From Promethearchaeota archaeon (lineage in GTDB: Archaea > Asgardarchaeota > Lokiarchaeia > Sigyniarchaeales > SOKP01): DNA of 64,000 nucleotides. Below, one piece after another: positions 8,105 to 17,653 of this stretch. Within the stretch, counting starts at the first letter, position 1; each line of letters starts with the position of its first letter. Where the stretch lies: the NCBI GenBank assembly GCA_018238625.1, contig JABCSY010000002.1, forward strand, positions 1 through 64,000, written 5' to 3'. The notes beneath the pieces were generated by a model. It made no database searches. It was not told where the DNA came from and was given only the letters and a program-made list of their open reading frames with translations. The translations under genes and the position numbers were made by a program.

Positions 8105-11100
8105 ATGGAGAAGATTGGAGCAGTAATGGTTGTAGGCGCTGGAATTGGAGGTTCGCAAGCGGCATTAGACTTAGCAGATTCGGGATACAAAGTTTATTTG
8201 ATTGAATCCACGACGAGTATTGGTGGTGTAATGGCACAGTTGGATAAAACATTTCCTACGAACGATTGTGCGATGTGTATTGTAAGCCCTAAGTTAGTAG
8301 AAACTGGGCGACACCAGAACATAGATTTGAGTATTAATTGTGAAATTCAAGATGTTATAGGAGAAGCTGGAAATTTTACGATAAAAGTACTAAAAAAATC
8401 GTTATTTATTAACCCAGAAAAATGCACTGGCTGTGGAGTGTGCGGTCGCGAGTGTCCTGTTGAAGCGATTGACGTCTTCAACGAAGGTTTAGCGAAATAC
8501 GCAGCAACATCAGTTAAATATCCTCAAGCAGTACCTCTCGTATTTGCTATTGATAAGGATTATTGTATAGGTTGTGGAATATGTCAAGGAGTCTGCAAAG
8601 CAAAAGCCATAGAATACGATAGAAAAGACGAGGAAGTCGAAATTAACGTTGGTGCAGTAATATTAGCTCCTGGGTTTGACGAATACATTCCTCCAGAAGG
8701 TAACCTTTATGGGTATGGAAAGTATAAGAACGTAGTTACGAGCATAGAGTTTGAAAGGATTTTAAGTGCTAGCGGCCCTTACGCGGGGAGAGTTTTACGG
8801 CCCTCGGATGGGGATGTCCCCGAAAAGGTTGCATTCCTCCAATGTATAGGCTCTCGTGATTATACAGGTAAAGGAAAGCCCTATTGTTCGTCAGTATGTT
8901 GTATGTATACAGCAAAAGAAGCAGTAATTGCCCATGAACACATGCATCAAATACTGCCAACTATTTTTAGCATGGATGTAAGGGCATATGGTAAAGATTT
9001 TGATAAATACATTATTCGAGCACAAGAAGAATATAGCGTTCGCTATATTAGAAGCCGTGTATCTTCAGTAACCGAAGTACCAGAAACGAAAGATTTAAGA
9101 ATTAAATATGAAACTGAAGACGGTACGGTAGTAGAAGAAGATTATCACATGGTAGTACTTGCTGTTGGTTTAAATCCGCCTAACGACGCTAAATATCTTG
9201 CGGAGAAGTTTGGTATAGAATTAAATGAATATGATTTTGCTATGACAGATGTTTTTAACCCCGTACAAACATCAAAACTTGGAATATTTGCTTGTGGTGC
9301 TTTTTCTTCGCCAAAAGACATTCCGGATACAGTTACGCAAGCTAGCGCTGCTGCTGGTTGCGTTAATCAACTTTTATACGAAAAAAAAGGTACGCTAATA
9401 ACAGAAAAATCGCTTCCTCCGGAGATATTTGTAAGAGGTCAACCACCCAGAATTGGTGTGTTTATCTGTTACTGTGGAATTAACATAGGGGGGTTTTTAG
9501 ATGTACCAGAAGTTACCAAATATGCAAAAAGTCTTCCAAATGTAGTGTTAGCTGATAATAATTTATACACATGTTCTGCAGATACTCAAACATTAATAAA
9601 AGATGCAATAAAGGAATATCACCTTAACCGCGTTGTTGTTGCTTCTTGTACGCCAAGAACTCACGAACCTTTGTTTCAAGAAACAATTAGAGAAGCGGGT
9701 TTAAATAGATATTTATTTCAAATGGCAAATATCAGAGATCAATGTTCTTGGGTTCACATGAACGAGTGGGACAAAGCAACCGAAAAAGCAAAGGACCTCG
9801 TGAGGATGGCTGTAAATAAAGCAAGAAATATTGAGGCTATCGAAAGGATAAAATTACCTGTAACGCAAAAAACTTTAATAGTTGGCGGTGGAATTAGTGG
9901 AATGGTTGCTGCACTTAATTTTGCAACGCAAGGATATGAGACGTTTTTGGTTGAAAAACAAAAAGAATTAGGGGGATTTGCTCGACATATATATAACACG
10001 CTTGAAGGTGGCAACGTTCAAGAATTTATATCAGATTTAATTGAAAAAATCAATTCAAACAAATTAATCCGTGTTTTTACTCAAGCAGAAATTGAAATTA
10101 TTGATGGTTATATTGGAAATTTTAAAACTACAGTTATCCACGGTCCAAAAAAAGAGAAAGCAGAATTTGAACACGGGGTGGTGCTTGTAGCTACAGGAGC
10201 CAAAGAATATCAACCTAAAGAGTATTTATACGGTCAGAATAACAAAGTAATTCTACAATCAGAATTTGAAAAACTTTTAAACACTTCTAATAATATTAAC
10301 GATAAAAAATCGGTAGTTATGATCCAGTGTGTTGGTTCTAGAAATGACGAGCATCCCTATTGCAGCAAAATGTGTTGTGCTGAAGCTATAAAGAACGCTC
10401 TTTTAGCAAAACAGAAAAATCCAAACGTTGAAGTTGTAGTTTTATTTAGGGATATAAGAACATATGGGTTTAAAGAAAAGTATTATCGTGAGGCGCGAGA
10501 AAAAGGAGTAATATTCATTAGATACGAAGAAAATGATCCTCCAGAAATAATTTCAGAAGGCTCAGTGTTAAAAGTTAAATTAAAGACTGCGAAGATGGGA
10601 GAAATTACGATTGAATCCGATCTTTTAGTTTTAAGTGCGGGCATTATAGCAAAACGCGAGGATAACGAGGAGTTAGCAATGATGTTAAAAGTTCCTTTAA
10701 ACGACGATAATTTCTTTTTAGAAGCCCATGTTAAATTGCGTCCAGTAGATTTCGCTACAGAAGGCGTATTCGTGGCTGGATTAGCACATTGTCCAAAAAC
10801 AATTGAGGATTCTATTGTTCAAGCTAACGCAGCTGTTGCAAGGGCTTGTACAATTCTCTCTAAAGACGAGATCGAGGTTGAAGGAAAAATTGGAGAGGTT
10901 GACATGGCTCGTTGCACTGGATGTGGGATGTGTATTGATAATTGCGCCTATAATGCTATTGAATTAATCGACGATAGGCGATTCGGTAGAGTTGCATATA
11001 TAAATTCAGCACTCTGTAAAGGATGTGGGGCGTGTGCCGGTAATTGCAGGTGTGCGGCCATTGATATTCGCGGTTTTACAGGTGAACAAATATTTGCAAT

Positions 11101-11119
11101 GATAACTGGGAGGAATTAA
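8105..11119 (+). CDS. hdrA: Large double-FAD HdrA-like protein (1004 aa)
   Basis: Two Rossmann motifs (GAGIGG, GGGISG), LDKTFPTNDC, two QCxGSR motifs, multiple [4Fe-4S] motifs. Confidence 0.9.
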   Translation: MEKIGAVMVVGAGIGGSQAALDLADSGYKVYLIESTTSIGGVMAQLDKTFPTNDCAMCIVSPKLVETGRHQNIDLSINCEIQDVIGEAGNFTIKVLKKSLFINPEKCTGCGVCGRECPVEAIDVFNEGLAKYAATSVKYPQAVPLVFAIDKDYCIGCGICQGVCKAKAIEYDRKDEEVEINVGAVILAPGFDEYIPPEGNLYGYGKYKNVVTSIEFERILSASGPYAGRVLRPSDGDVPEKVAFLQCIGSRDYTGKGKPYCSSVCCMYTAKEAVIAHEHMHQILPTIFSMDVRAYGKDFDKYIIRAQEEYSVRYIRSRVSSVTEVPETKDLRIKYETEDGTVVEEDYHMVVLAVGLNPPNDAKYLAEKFGIELNEYDFAMTDVFNPVQTSKLGIFACGAFSSPKDIPDTVTQASAAAGCVNQLLYEKKGTLITEKSLPPEIFVRGQPPRIGVFICYCGINIGGFLDVPEVTKYAKSLPNVVLADNNLYTCSADTQTLIKDAIKEYHLNRVVVASCTPRTHEPLFQETIREAGLNRYLFQMANIRDQCSWVHMNEWDKATEKAKDLVRMAVNKARNIEAIERIKLPVTQKTLIVGGGISGMVAALNFATQGYETFLVEKQKELGGFARHIYNTLEGGNVQEFISDLIEKINSNKLIRVFTQAEIEIIDGYIGNFKTTVIHGPKKEKAEFEHGVVLVATGAKEYQPKEYLYGQNNKVILQSEFEKLLNTSNNINDKKSVVMIQCVGSRNDEHPYCSKMCCAEAIKNALLAKQKNPNVEVVVLFRDIRTYGFKEKYYREAREKGVIFIRYEENDPPEIISEGSVLKVKLKTAKMGEITIESDLLVLSAGIIAKREDNEELAMMLKVPLNDDNFFLEAHVKLRPVDFATEGVFVAGLAHCPKTIEDSIVQANAAVARACTILSKDEIEVEGKIGEVDMARCTGCGMCIDNCAYNAIELIDDRRFGRVAYINSALCKGCGACAGNCRCAAIDIRGFTGEQIFAMITGRN

Positions 11120-11123
11120 TAAA

Positions 11124-11585
11124 ATGAACGAAATTACGAGTGAATCAGAACAATTGAAAAATAATAATGATGAATGGGAACCTAAGATATTAGCATTTTT
11201 ATGCAATTGGTGTTCTTATGCTGGAGCAGATCTAGCAGGAGTGAGTAGAATTCAATACCCTCCAAATATTAGAGTAGTTAGAGTTCCATGTTCAGGTAGA
11301 ATAAACCCTTATTTTATAGTAAAAGCATTATTAGATGGATGGGATGGAGTTCTGGTTTCTGGATGTCATCCTGGAGATTGTCATTATTTAACAGGAAATT
11401 TAGTAGCTAGAAGAAGGTTTGGAATTTTGAAGGATCTGTTGGAATTTTTCGGAATTGAACCAGATAGAGTTAATTTTATGTGGGCTTCCGCTGCTGAAGG
11501 CGAACGATTTGCTGTTTTGATAAGAAAGACCACCAAGTTGGTTAGAAAATTGGGACCAAATAAAAAATTTGAGAAAAAATGGTGA
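11124..11585 (+). CDS. mvhD: MvhD/FlxD-like [2Fe-2S] subunit
   Basis: FLCNWCSYAGADLAG, VPCSGR, GCHPGDCHY, WASAAEG. Confidence 0.9.
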   Translation: MNEITSESEQLKNNNDEWEPKILAFLCNWCSYAGADLAGVSRIQYPPNIRVVRVPCSGRINPYFIVKALLDGWDGVLVSGCHPGDCHYLTGNLVARRRFGILKDLLEFFGIEPDRVNFMWASAAEGERFAVLIRKTTKLVRKLGPNKKFEKKW

Positions 11586-11591
11586 TAAAAA

Positions 11592-12605
11592 GTGGGAGAT
11601 ATCGAATCAGAAAACCAAGACATCGGAAATAAGATTAAAGAATTAGCAAGGAATTTACTTAGAGAAAAGGAAGTTGATGTTATTATCGGCTATTCAAAGG
11701 GAACGGTGCCCTTAAGCTCTTCACCAGTTTTCATTACGAATGAAGAAGATGTGGATAAATTATTGTGGAATAATTTATGTTATGTAAATTTGGCTAATTA
11801 TTTAGCTCCTAGAATTCCTACGCTATACGACGATGAGGGTCAAAAACTGAAAGTTGGGATTGTCGCAAAAGGTTGCGTTGGAAGAGCGCTAATTCACTTA
11901 GCCGTCGAGAATCAAATTAATTTTGATAACATTAAAATGATAGGAATTTCCTGTAATGGAATAATAAACAGAAAAAGAATTGAGAAGGAAATTGGAGAAA
12001 GAGAAATATTAGAAACCTCTATTTTGGGTAATAATATTATCGTAAAGGGAAGAGATTTTGAAGAAACATTTCCTTTCGACGAATATATGAACGAATTATG
12101 TAAAGTGTGTAAAGTTAAAGCCCCTCCTAACGTGGATGGTTCATGCGTAGGAGAATGCTTAGAAAATCCTGTTATTGAAGATGATTTTAACGATATTTCT
12201 GATTTTGAATCTAAAACTTCTGAAGAAAAATGGGCATATATTAAAGATACTTTAAGCGCATGCACGAGATGTTATGCCTGCAGAGAAGTGTGTCCGATGT
12301 GTTATTGCAATCTGTGTTTCGTGGACCAAAATAAACCCATTTGGTTTGGAAAAACAACTGATTTTCCAGATATTTTTGCTTTTCATTTTAATCGAGCTAT
12401 GCACTTAGCGGGTAGATGTGTTGCTTGTGGCGCTTGTAGTAGCGTTTGCCCCATGGGTATAGATTTGAATTTAATAACGAGAAAATTAGAGAAAATTGTT
12501 AAAGGAAGATATAACTTTACTTCAGGTATAGATAAAGAAACGGTACCTCCAATGATGTCGTTTAGAATGGATGATAAAGAAGAATTTATGATGGAAGAGG
12601 ATTAA
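11592..12605 (+). CDS. FlxC-like / FdhB-C-terminal-like 4Fe-4S protein
   Basis: CTRCYACREVCPMCYC and HLAGRCVACGACSSVCP; position in Hdr-Flx gene order. Confidence 0.75.
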   Translation: MGDIESENQDIGNKIKELARNLLREKEVDVIIGYSKGTVPLSSSPVFITNEEDVDKLLWNNLCYVNLANYLAPRIPTLYDDEGQKLKVGIVAKGCVGRALIHLAVENQINFDNIKMIGISCNGIINRKRIEKEIGEREILETSILGNNIIVKGRDFEETFPFDEYMNELCKVCKVKAPPNVDGSCVGECLENPVIEDDFNDISDFESKTSEEKWAYIKDTLSACTRCYACREVCPMCYCNLCFVDQNKPIWFGKTTDFPDIFAFHFNRAMHLAGRCVACGACSSVCPMGIDLNLITRKLEKIVKGRYNFTSGIDKETVPPMMSFRMDDKEEFMMEED

Positions 12606-12621
12606 TATAGGTGGTGAGAAA

Positions 12622-13683
12622 ATGGAAGAAATGATTTTAATGAAAGACCAGGTCGCAAAGTTATATAAAGAATTATCAGGAGAATATAATTTCTTTGCTC
12701 CCGTCAAAGAAAAAGGTTATATTGCTTATAGAAAAATTACAAACCCAGAAGAAATTGAACTAAATTATTTCAATTCTAAAATACCTCCAAAAGAAATTTT
12801 GTTTCCACAAATGGAAGTTCTTTTTGAATTTGAAACAGATGGTAAAAATGTTACAGAAATTAAAGATAGAAAAGACTTAGACGAAAAAAACATTCTTTTT
12901 GGCATAAGACCGTGCGACGCTCATAGTTTTGATCTGTTAGAAAAATTCTTTGCTTTTGGAGATTTCCAAGATGAGATATTTTTAAAAAAAAGAAAAAATA
13001 GCTTAATAATAGGAATTGGTTGTAATTCTCCAAAAAGCACGTGTTTTTGTACGTCGATTGAAGGACATCCCTTCCAAAAAGATGATATGGATATCTTTTT
13101 AGTAGATTTAGGCGAAAAATATTTAGTAGAAGGTATAACTGATAAAGGAATTAAATTAATCCAAAAATTATCGTGGCTTTCAAAAGCTTCTAAAGCGGAT
13201 GTAAAAAATGCACAAGAATTAGCAAAGAAGGCAGAAGATTTAATAACCACAAAATTAGATCTAACTAACACGAGTAAGATTTTAGAAAGTAATTTTGGCA
13301 ACGAAATTTGGAAAGAAGTTAGCGAAAATTGTTTAGGGTGTGGATCATGTACGTTTTTATGCCCTACATGTACTTGTTTTGATGTTATCGATGAGAATGA
13401 TCAATACAAGAATCGTGGCAGACGAATAAGAATCTGGGATACTTGCCAATTCTGCCTTTATACACTTCATACGAGCGGTCACAATCCCCGCAATAGTAAT
13501 ATTGAGAGATGTCGAAATCGTATATTACACAAATTTAGTTATTACCCCTTGAATTACGATATAATTGGATGTGTGGGGTGTGGACGATGCATCCAAGTAT
13601 GCCCAGTTAATAACGACCTCAGAACAATAATTAATAAAATAAATAATATAAAACCAAAAGAGGAGGAGAATGTGAGTGCCTAA
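12622..13683 (+). CDS. FlxB/AsrA-like 4Fe-4S protein (sulfhydrogenase beta-like)
   Basis: GIRPCD, CFCTS, CLGCGSCTFLCPTCTCF, CVGCGRCIQVCP. Confidence 0.8.
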   Translation: MEEMILMKDQVAKLYKELSGEYNFFAPVKEKGYIAYRKITNPEEIELNYFNSKIPPKEILFPQMEVLFEFETDGKNVTEIKDRKDLDEKNILFGIRPCDAHSFDLLEKFFAFGDFQDEIFLKKRKNSLIIGIGCNSPKSTCFCTSIEGHPFQKDDMDIFLVDLGEKYLVEGITDKGIKLIQKLSWLSKASKADVKNAQELAKKAEDLITTKLDLTNTSKILESNFGNEIWKEVSENCLGCGSCTFLCPTCTCFDVIDENDQYKNRGRRIRIWDTCQFCLYTLHTSGHNPRNSNIERCRNRILHKFSYYPLNYDIIGCVGCGRCIQVCPVNNDLRTIINKINNIKPKEEENVSA

Positions 13684-14515
13684 TCTTTATATTCCAACGT
13701 TAACCACTGTAAAAAATATTGTTTCTGAAAACAAAGTAAATGACATTAAAACTCTTGAATTAGAATTTAAGAAAGAAGAAGATTATAATAAATTCAACTA
13801 TATTCCTGGACAATTCGCTGAAATAAGCTTAATTGGAAAGGGTGAATCACCTATAGGAATTGCCTCATCTCCTACTGAAGAAGGCTCGATTAAATTTACA
13901 ATAAAAAAGATGGGAACTGTAACATCGGAATTTCACAACTGCAATATTGGAGATGTTGTAGGTGTAAGAGGTCCTTTTGGAAACGGATGGCCTATTGAAG
14001 AAATGAAGGGTAAGGATATTGTGGTTATTGGTGGGGGGTTCGCGTTTTCGACTTTAAGGTCCCTCGTTATTTACTTGTTAGACGAGAAGCACAGAAAGGA
14101 TTACAAGAAGATCACAGTGATTTATGGAAATCGCGACTCCAGCGAAGTTTTGTACCGCAATGTTTTAGAAGAATGGAAAAAACACGACGATATCGAAGTG
14201 GTTTTAACAATTGATCGCGAAGAGGAAGGGTGGAAAGAAAAAGTAGGTTTCGTAGCCGCAATTGTAAAAGAAGTAGCCCCTTCTTCGGATAACGCTATAG
14301 CTGTAGTGTGTGGCCCCCCAATCATGATTAAAACGACGATAGCCGTTCTAGAAGAATTAAAATTTAATGACGAACAGATACTAAATTCCTTAGAAATGAG
14401 GATGAAGTGTGGAATTGGAAAATGTGGGAGATGCAATATTGGCAATAAATTCGTCTGTATCGATGGTCCCGTTTTTTCTTTGGCAGAGCTTAAAAAATTG
14501 CCATCCGAATATTAA
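13676..14515 (+). CDS. FlxA/AsrB-like FAD/NAD(P)-binding [2Fe-2S] oxidoreductase
   Basis: PGQF, RGPFGNG, GGG, CGPPIM, MKCGIGKCGRC...VCIDGPVF. Confidence 0.85.
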   Translation: MPNLYIPTLTTVKNIVSENKVNDIKTLELEFKKEEDYNKFNYIPGQFAEISLIGKGESPIGIASSPTEEGSIKFTIKKMGTVTSEFHNCNIGDVVGVRGPFGNGWPIEEMKGKDIVVIGGGFAFSTLRSLVIYLLDEKHRKDYKKITVIYGNRDSSEVLYRNVLEEWKKHDDIEVVLTIDREEEGWKEKVGFVAAIVKEVAPSSDNAIAVVCGPPIMIKTTIAVLEELKFNDEQILNSLEMRMKCGIGKCGRCNIGNKFVCIDGPVFSLAELKKLPSEY

Positions 14516-14569
14516 AAAATTAAAAAAATTTCAAATAAAAAGAAAAATAAAAAAAAGGTAGGTTAAAAA

Positions 14570-15682
14570 ATGGTTGACGAAGTTTTACCAAAATCTTTTG
14601 ATGATTTAATAAAAGACGTTCACGAACTTGGAATCTGTGGAGAATGTGGAGGATGCGTGAGTTTTTGCTCAGCACACGAGATAAAAGCAATCGAGATGTC
14701 TGAATCCGGACCTCCTATATATTATAATAAAGATAATTGCTTAAAATGTGGTATTTGTTATTTAATTTGTCCTCAAACCCATGTATTGGATAATGAGTTA
14801 AATGATAGATTCAATTACAAAGTATCAATAGGTAATTGGGCTAAAATAACTTCAAGTCAAGCTAATTCGGAAGAAATTCTAAAGAACGCAACCGATGGAG
14901 GTGCGGTCACTGCCATTCTTAGTTATTTATTAGATCGTAATTTAATAAATGGGGCAATCGTTTCTAAAAAGGAAGGACCGTTTAACCGAGTACCCTTCTT
15001 TGCGACAACTAAAGAAGAATTAATAGAAGCAGCAGGATCTCATTTTGATTTATCTCAAGGAGTTGTTGGTTTAGAAAACTATAATACATTCATTCCTACA
15101 ATCGCTAAATTAAAAAAAGTCGTTAGCGCGGATATGATGAGCATTGCAGTCGTTGGTACCCCTTGCCAAATTATGTCTATTAGGAAAATGCAAGAATTGA
15201 GTATTTTACCGGCACACATAATAAAATATACTATAGGGCTATTTTGTAATTTTAATTTTTCTTTTAGCATTAAGGGTCGAGAAGAATTGGAAAAAAAATT
15301 TCACTTCTTGTTTAGCGAAGTTGAAAAAATGAATATCAAAGAAAATCTTATATTAACGCTTCAAAATCAGAAAACTATCCACATAGATTTTAACGAATTG
15401 GGAGGAATTACTAGAGCAGCTTGTTTAGCTTGCCGAGACTTTTCCAATGTTTACGCAGACATATCATTTGGGGGTTTGGGCTCGCAAGATGGATTCACTA
15501 CGACTGTGATAAGAACTAAAATTGGCGAAGAAATTTACAACAATGCTTTAAAAGAAGGTTATATTAAAGAGCCAAACGAATTCAACACATCCGTCAAAAA
15601 GTCAGAAATGTTAGCTAAAGTAATAGGTTTTGGCAAAAGGAAATACGAGAGATATGCAAAGGCTTTAAAAGAGCGACAGTAA
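14570..15682 (+). CDS. F420-dependent hydrogenase/dehydrogenase beta-subunit (FrhB/FdhB) family with N-terminal ferredoxin
   Basis: CGECGGCVSFC, CLKCGICYLICP, DGGAVTAIL, VGTPCQI, GLFC, CLACRDF...ADISFG. Confidence 0.85.
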   Translation: MVDEVLPKSFDDLIKDVHELGICGECGGCVSFCSAHEIKAIEMSESGPPIYYNKDNCLKCGICYLICPQTHVLDNELNDRFNYKVSIGNWAKITSSQANSEEILKNATDGGAVTAILSYLLDRNLINGAIVSKKEGPFNRVPFFATTKEELIEAAGSHFDLSQGVVGLENYNTFIPTIAKLKKVVSADMMSIAVVGTPCQIMSIRKMQELSILPAHIIKYTIGLFCNFNFSFSIKGREELEKKFHFLFSEVEKMNIKENLILTLQNQKTIHIDFNELGGITRAACLACRDFSNVYADISFGGLGSQDGFTTTVIRTKIGEEIYNNALKEGYIKEPNEFNTSVKKSEMLAKVIGFGKRKYERYAKALKERQ

Positions 15683-15752
15683 TTTATATGAATTAAGTTC
15701 AAATTTTTACTTTTTATTATATTCTTCTATCGCGTAAGTTTCAACATATTAC

Positions 15753-16727
15753 TTAAATATCGAAGATGTTTCCCGAATTGTATATCGTATCATCTAAATC
15801 GAGAATTATTTGACCCCCTGAAGCGATTTCTATGGCATAATTAAGTCCTTCCAATACTCTTTTCATCATAAATTCGTAAGCTTGAAATAAATCTTCAAGT
15901 TGAGCTCGATTATTCCCTAAATAACAATTTGAAATCGCCGGTATTAGTACTGGTATAAAATCTTGGCTTAACATAATTTCTTCAGCATCGATCATAGTCT
16001 CTTTACCAACGGTAAAAGGGCTAAGAACATCCATTTGTGCGAACATGACTTTGCATACGAATAGAGAAGCCTTAATTTCTCTCATAATAAATTTAATTCG
16101 ATTCTTGTCATCTAAAAACTTTTTAAAAGTTATCGCGTAAATAATATCCTCGTTAGTTACAATGTCCTTAATATCTATTAATTTACTAACTCTTTCTGAA
16201 ACTCTTTTTGTTGAAAGCATTAATCTAAGATTCATTTTATTCTTATGAGTGTAGTCCTTATAGAAAGAAGCCATAAACGCGTGAGCTCCTAAACCCTCTT
16301 GTCCATCTGGTATATTTAATTTAAATTTATTTTCTTTAAATTCCTTCATAAAATGATTTATGATCAAAAACTTTAGCTTCAATCTATGCAGCGCTAGATA
16401 GAGACACATACGCGTTTTAGTGTAAGCCGCTACATTTCCCATTCTAAATCGATCTTGATGGTCCCTTGCATACATTACGATCGGTTTGAGTTTATGCACA
16501 ACTACATCTATAAAATATTCAATAATCCTCTCAAGAGGTTTGCATTCTAAAATTCGAAAAGCTTCTATAATTTTTTGGCTTGATGGTTGACTTTTGGGAA
16601 CCTCTTTGATCAGATCGTAGTTATAATATTCTAAAAACAAAGATGTTAGTGCTTCCATCTCTAATACCGTTCGACAAGGTATAAAAACCTTGTTAAGATC
16701 GTTTAAAATAACGCTACTTTCAGGCAT
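15753..16727 (-). CDS. Hypothetical protein (324 aa)
   Basis: Long ORF with native-looking codon use; no motif recognised. Confidence 0.7.
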   Translation of the reverse strand: MPESSVILNDLNKVFIPCRTVLEMEALTSLFLEYYNYDLIKEVPKSQPSSQKIIEAFRILECKPLERIIEYFIDVVVHKLKPIVMYARDHQDRFRMGNVAAYTKTRMCLYLALHRLKLKFLIINHFMKEFKENKFKLNIPDGQEGLGAHAFMASFYKDYTHKNKMNLRLMLSTKRVSERVSKLIDIKDIVTNEDIIYAITFKKFLDDKNRIKFIMREIKASLFVCKVMFAQMDVLSPFTVGKETMIDAEEIMLSQDFIPVLIPAISNCYLGNNRAQLEDLFQAYEFMMKRVLEGLNYAIEIASGGQIILDLDDTIYNSGNIFDI

Positions 16728-16973
16728 ATTACTTGGATTTCTATAATTATTTCTGGTGTTACCTATATTATATTAATTATTAAACAAATTATTTTAATTT
16801 TTTTTACTTTATTGGAATTTTTTGAATATTTTTATTAAAAAATGTGGATATGTTTAATCTTATAAAACCCTTTTCAAATGCTTAAGAATAATGAAATTAT
16901 TGGTATTTCTCGTAATGAAGATAAAATTATTTTAGAGAATCTAGATGATATTAAAGAAAAATTTATTTTTAAG

Positions 16974-17450
16974 TTATTTCTTTTTAATAAAATAGAAATG
17001 ATCGCAACAATCACAGCCTTCCATTAAAGTCTTAGTTCTTCTAAACCCAATATTTGAATTGAATCCTTCCACAATACTATAATCGGATAAACAATAGAAA
17101 TGATACCCCCAATCAGTTGCTTTAAATTCCTTTGCAGTATCTACTAAAGGACAATACGATACTTTTATCTGGGTTCCTTTTTCTAACTTTTCAACGGTGA
17201 ATTTAAAACCAGCAGATTTGCACATTTGTTCCCAAAGGATATCAACTAATTTATTAATATCATTATCCCCTTCTGAATTTGCGATGTCTTGCCATTGCGC
17301 TAATGTGTCTTTTTTGACAAGAGAATCAACTTCGTCAACCACTCTTGAACCAAATTCTATTTTTAAAGTATTCAAAAATTTTACTTTTTCTTTAAAATCA
17401 CATTTTTTAATACTTTCAATTTTACTTCTTAAATCGTCATTATCTTCCAT
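16974..17450 (-). CDS. L-2-amino-thiazoline-4-carboxylic acid hydrolase-like (V4R-related) protein
   Basis: YCP...CLSD...FRRTKTLMEGCDCCDH motif. Confidence 0.75.
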   Translation of the reverse strand: MEDNDDLRSKIESIKKCDFKEKVKFLNTLKIEFGSRVVDEVDSLVKKDTLAQWQDIANSEGDNDINKLVDILWEQMCKSAGFKFTVEKLEKGTQIKVSYCPLVDTAKEFKATDWGYHFYCLSDYSIVEGFNSNIGFRRTKTLMEGCDCCDHFYFIKKK

Positions 17451-17591
17451 AATATCACATCTTGATAAAATTAAACGGTGTTGAAGATATTAATACTTTT
17501 AAAAATACTACTTCAATGTAAGTTTTGTATTTTTAATAACTTTAGCAATCCAGATAATTAGTAAGATTTTCATATTTGATTTAAGGAATTG

Positions 17592-17653
17592 AAAAAATAA
17601 TAAAAAAGAAAAATAAAAAATTCAAAAAAAATTAGGTATATGCCCGAAAGGGC
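17592..17653 (-). terminator. Hairpin GCCC-UUUC-GGGC directly after the actin stop codon, followed by U-tracts
   Basis: Plus strand gcccgaaagggc at 17642-17653; A-tracts at 17592-17631 read as U-tracts on the minus strand. Confidence 0.55.

Noticed and set aside
2905-15682. Selenocysteine recoding/SECIS in HdrA or MvhD, as reported for some Lokiarchaeia
   Set aside because: The ORFs are uninterrupted with Cys at the motif positions, and I saw no in-frame TGA needing recoding.
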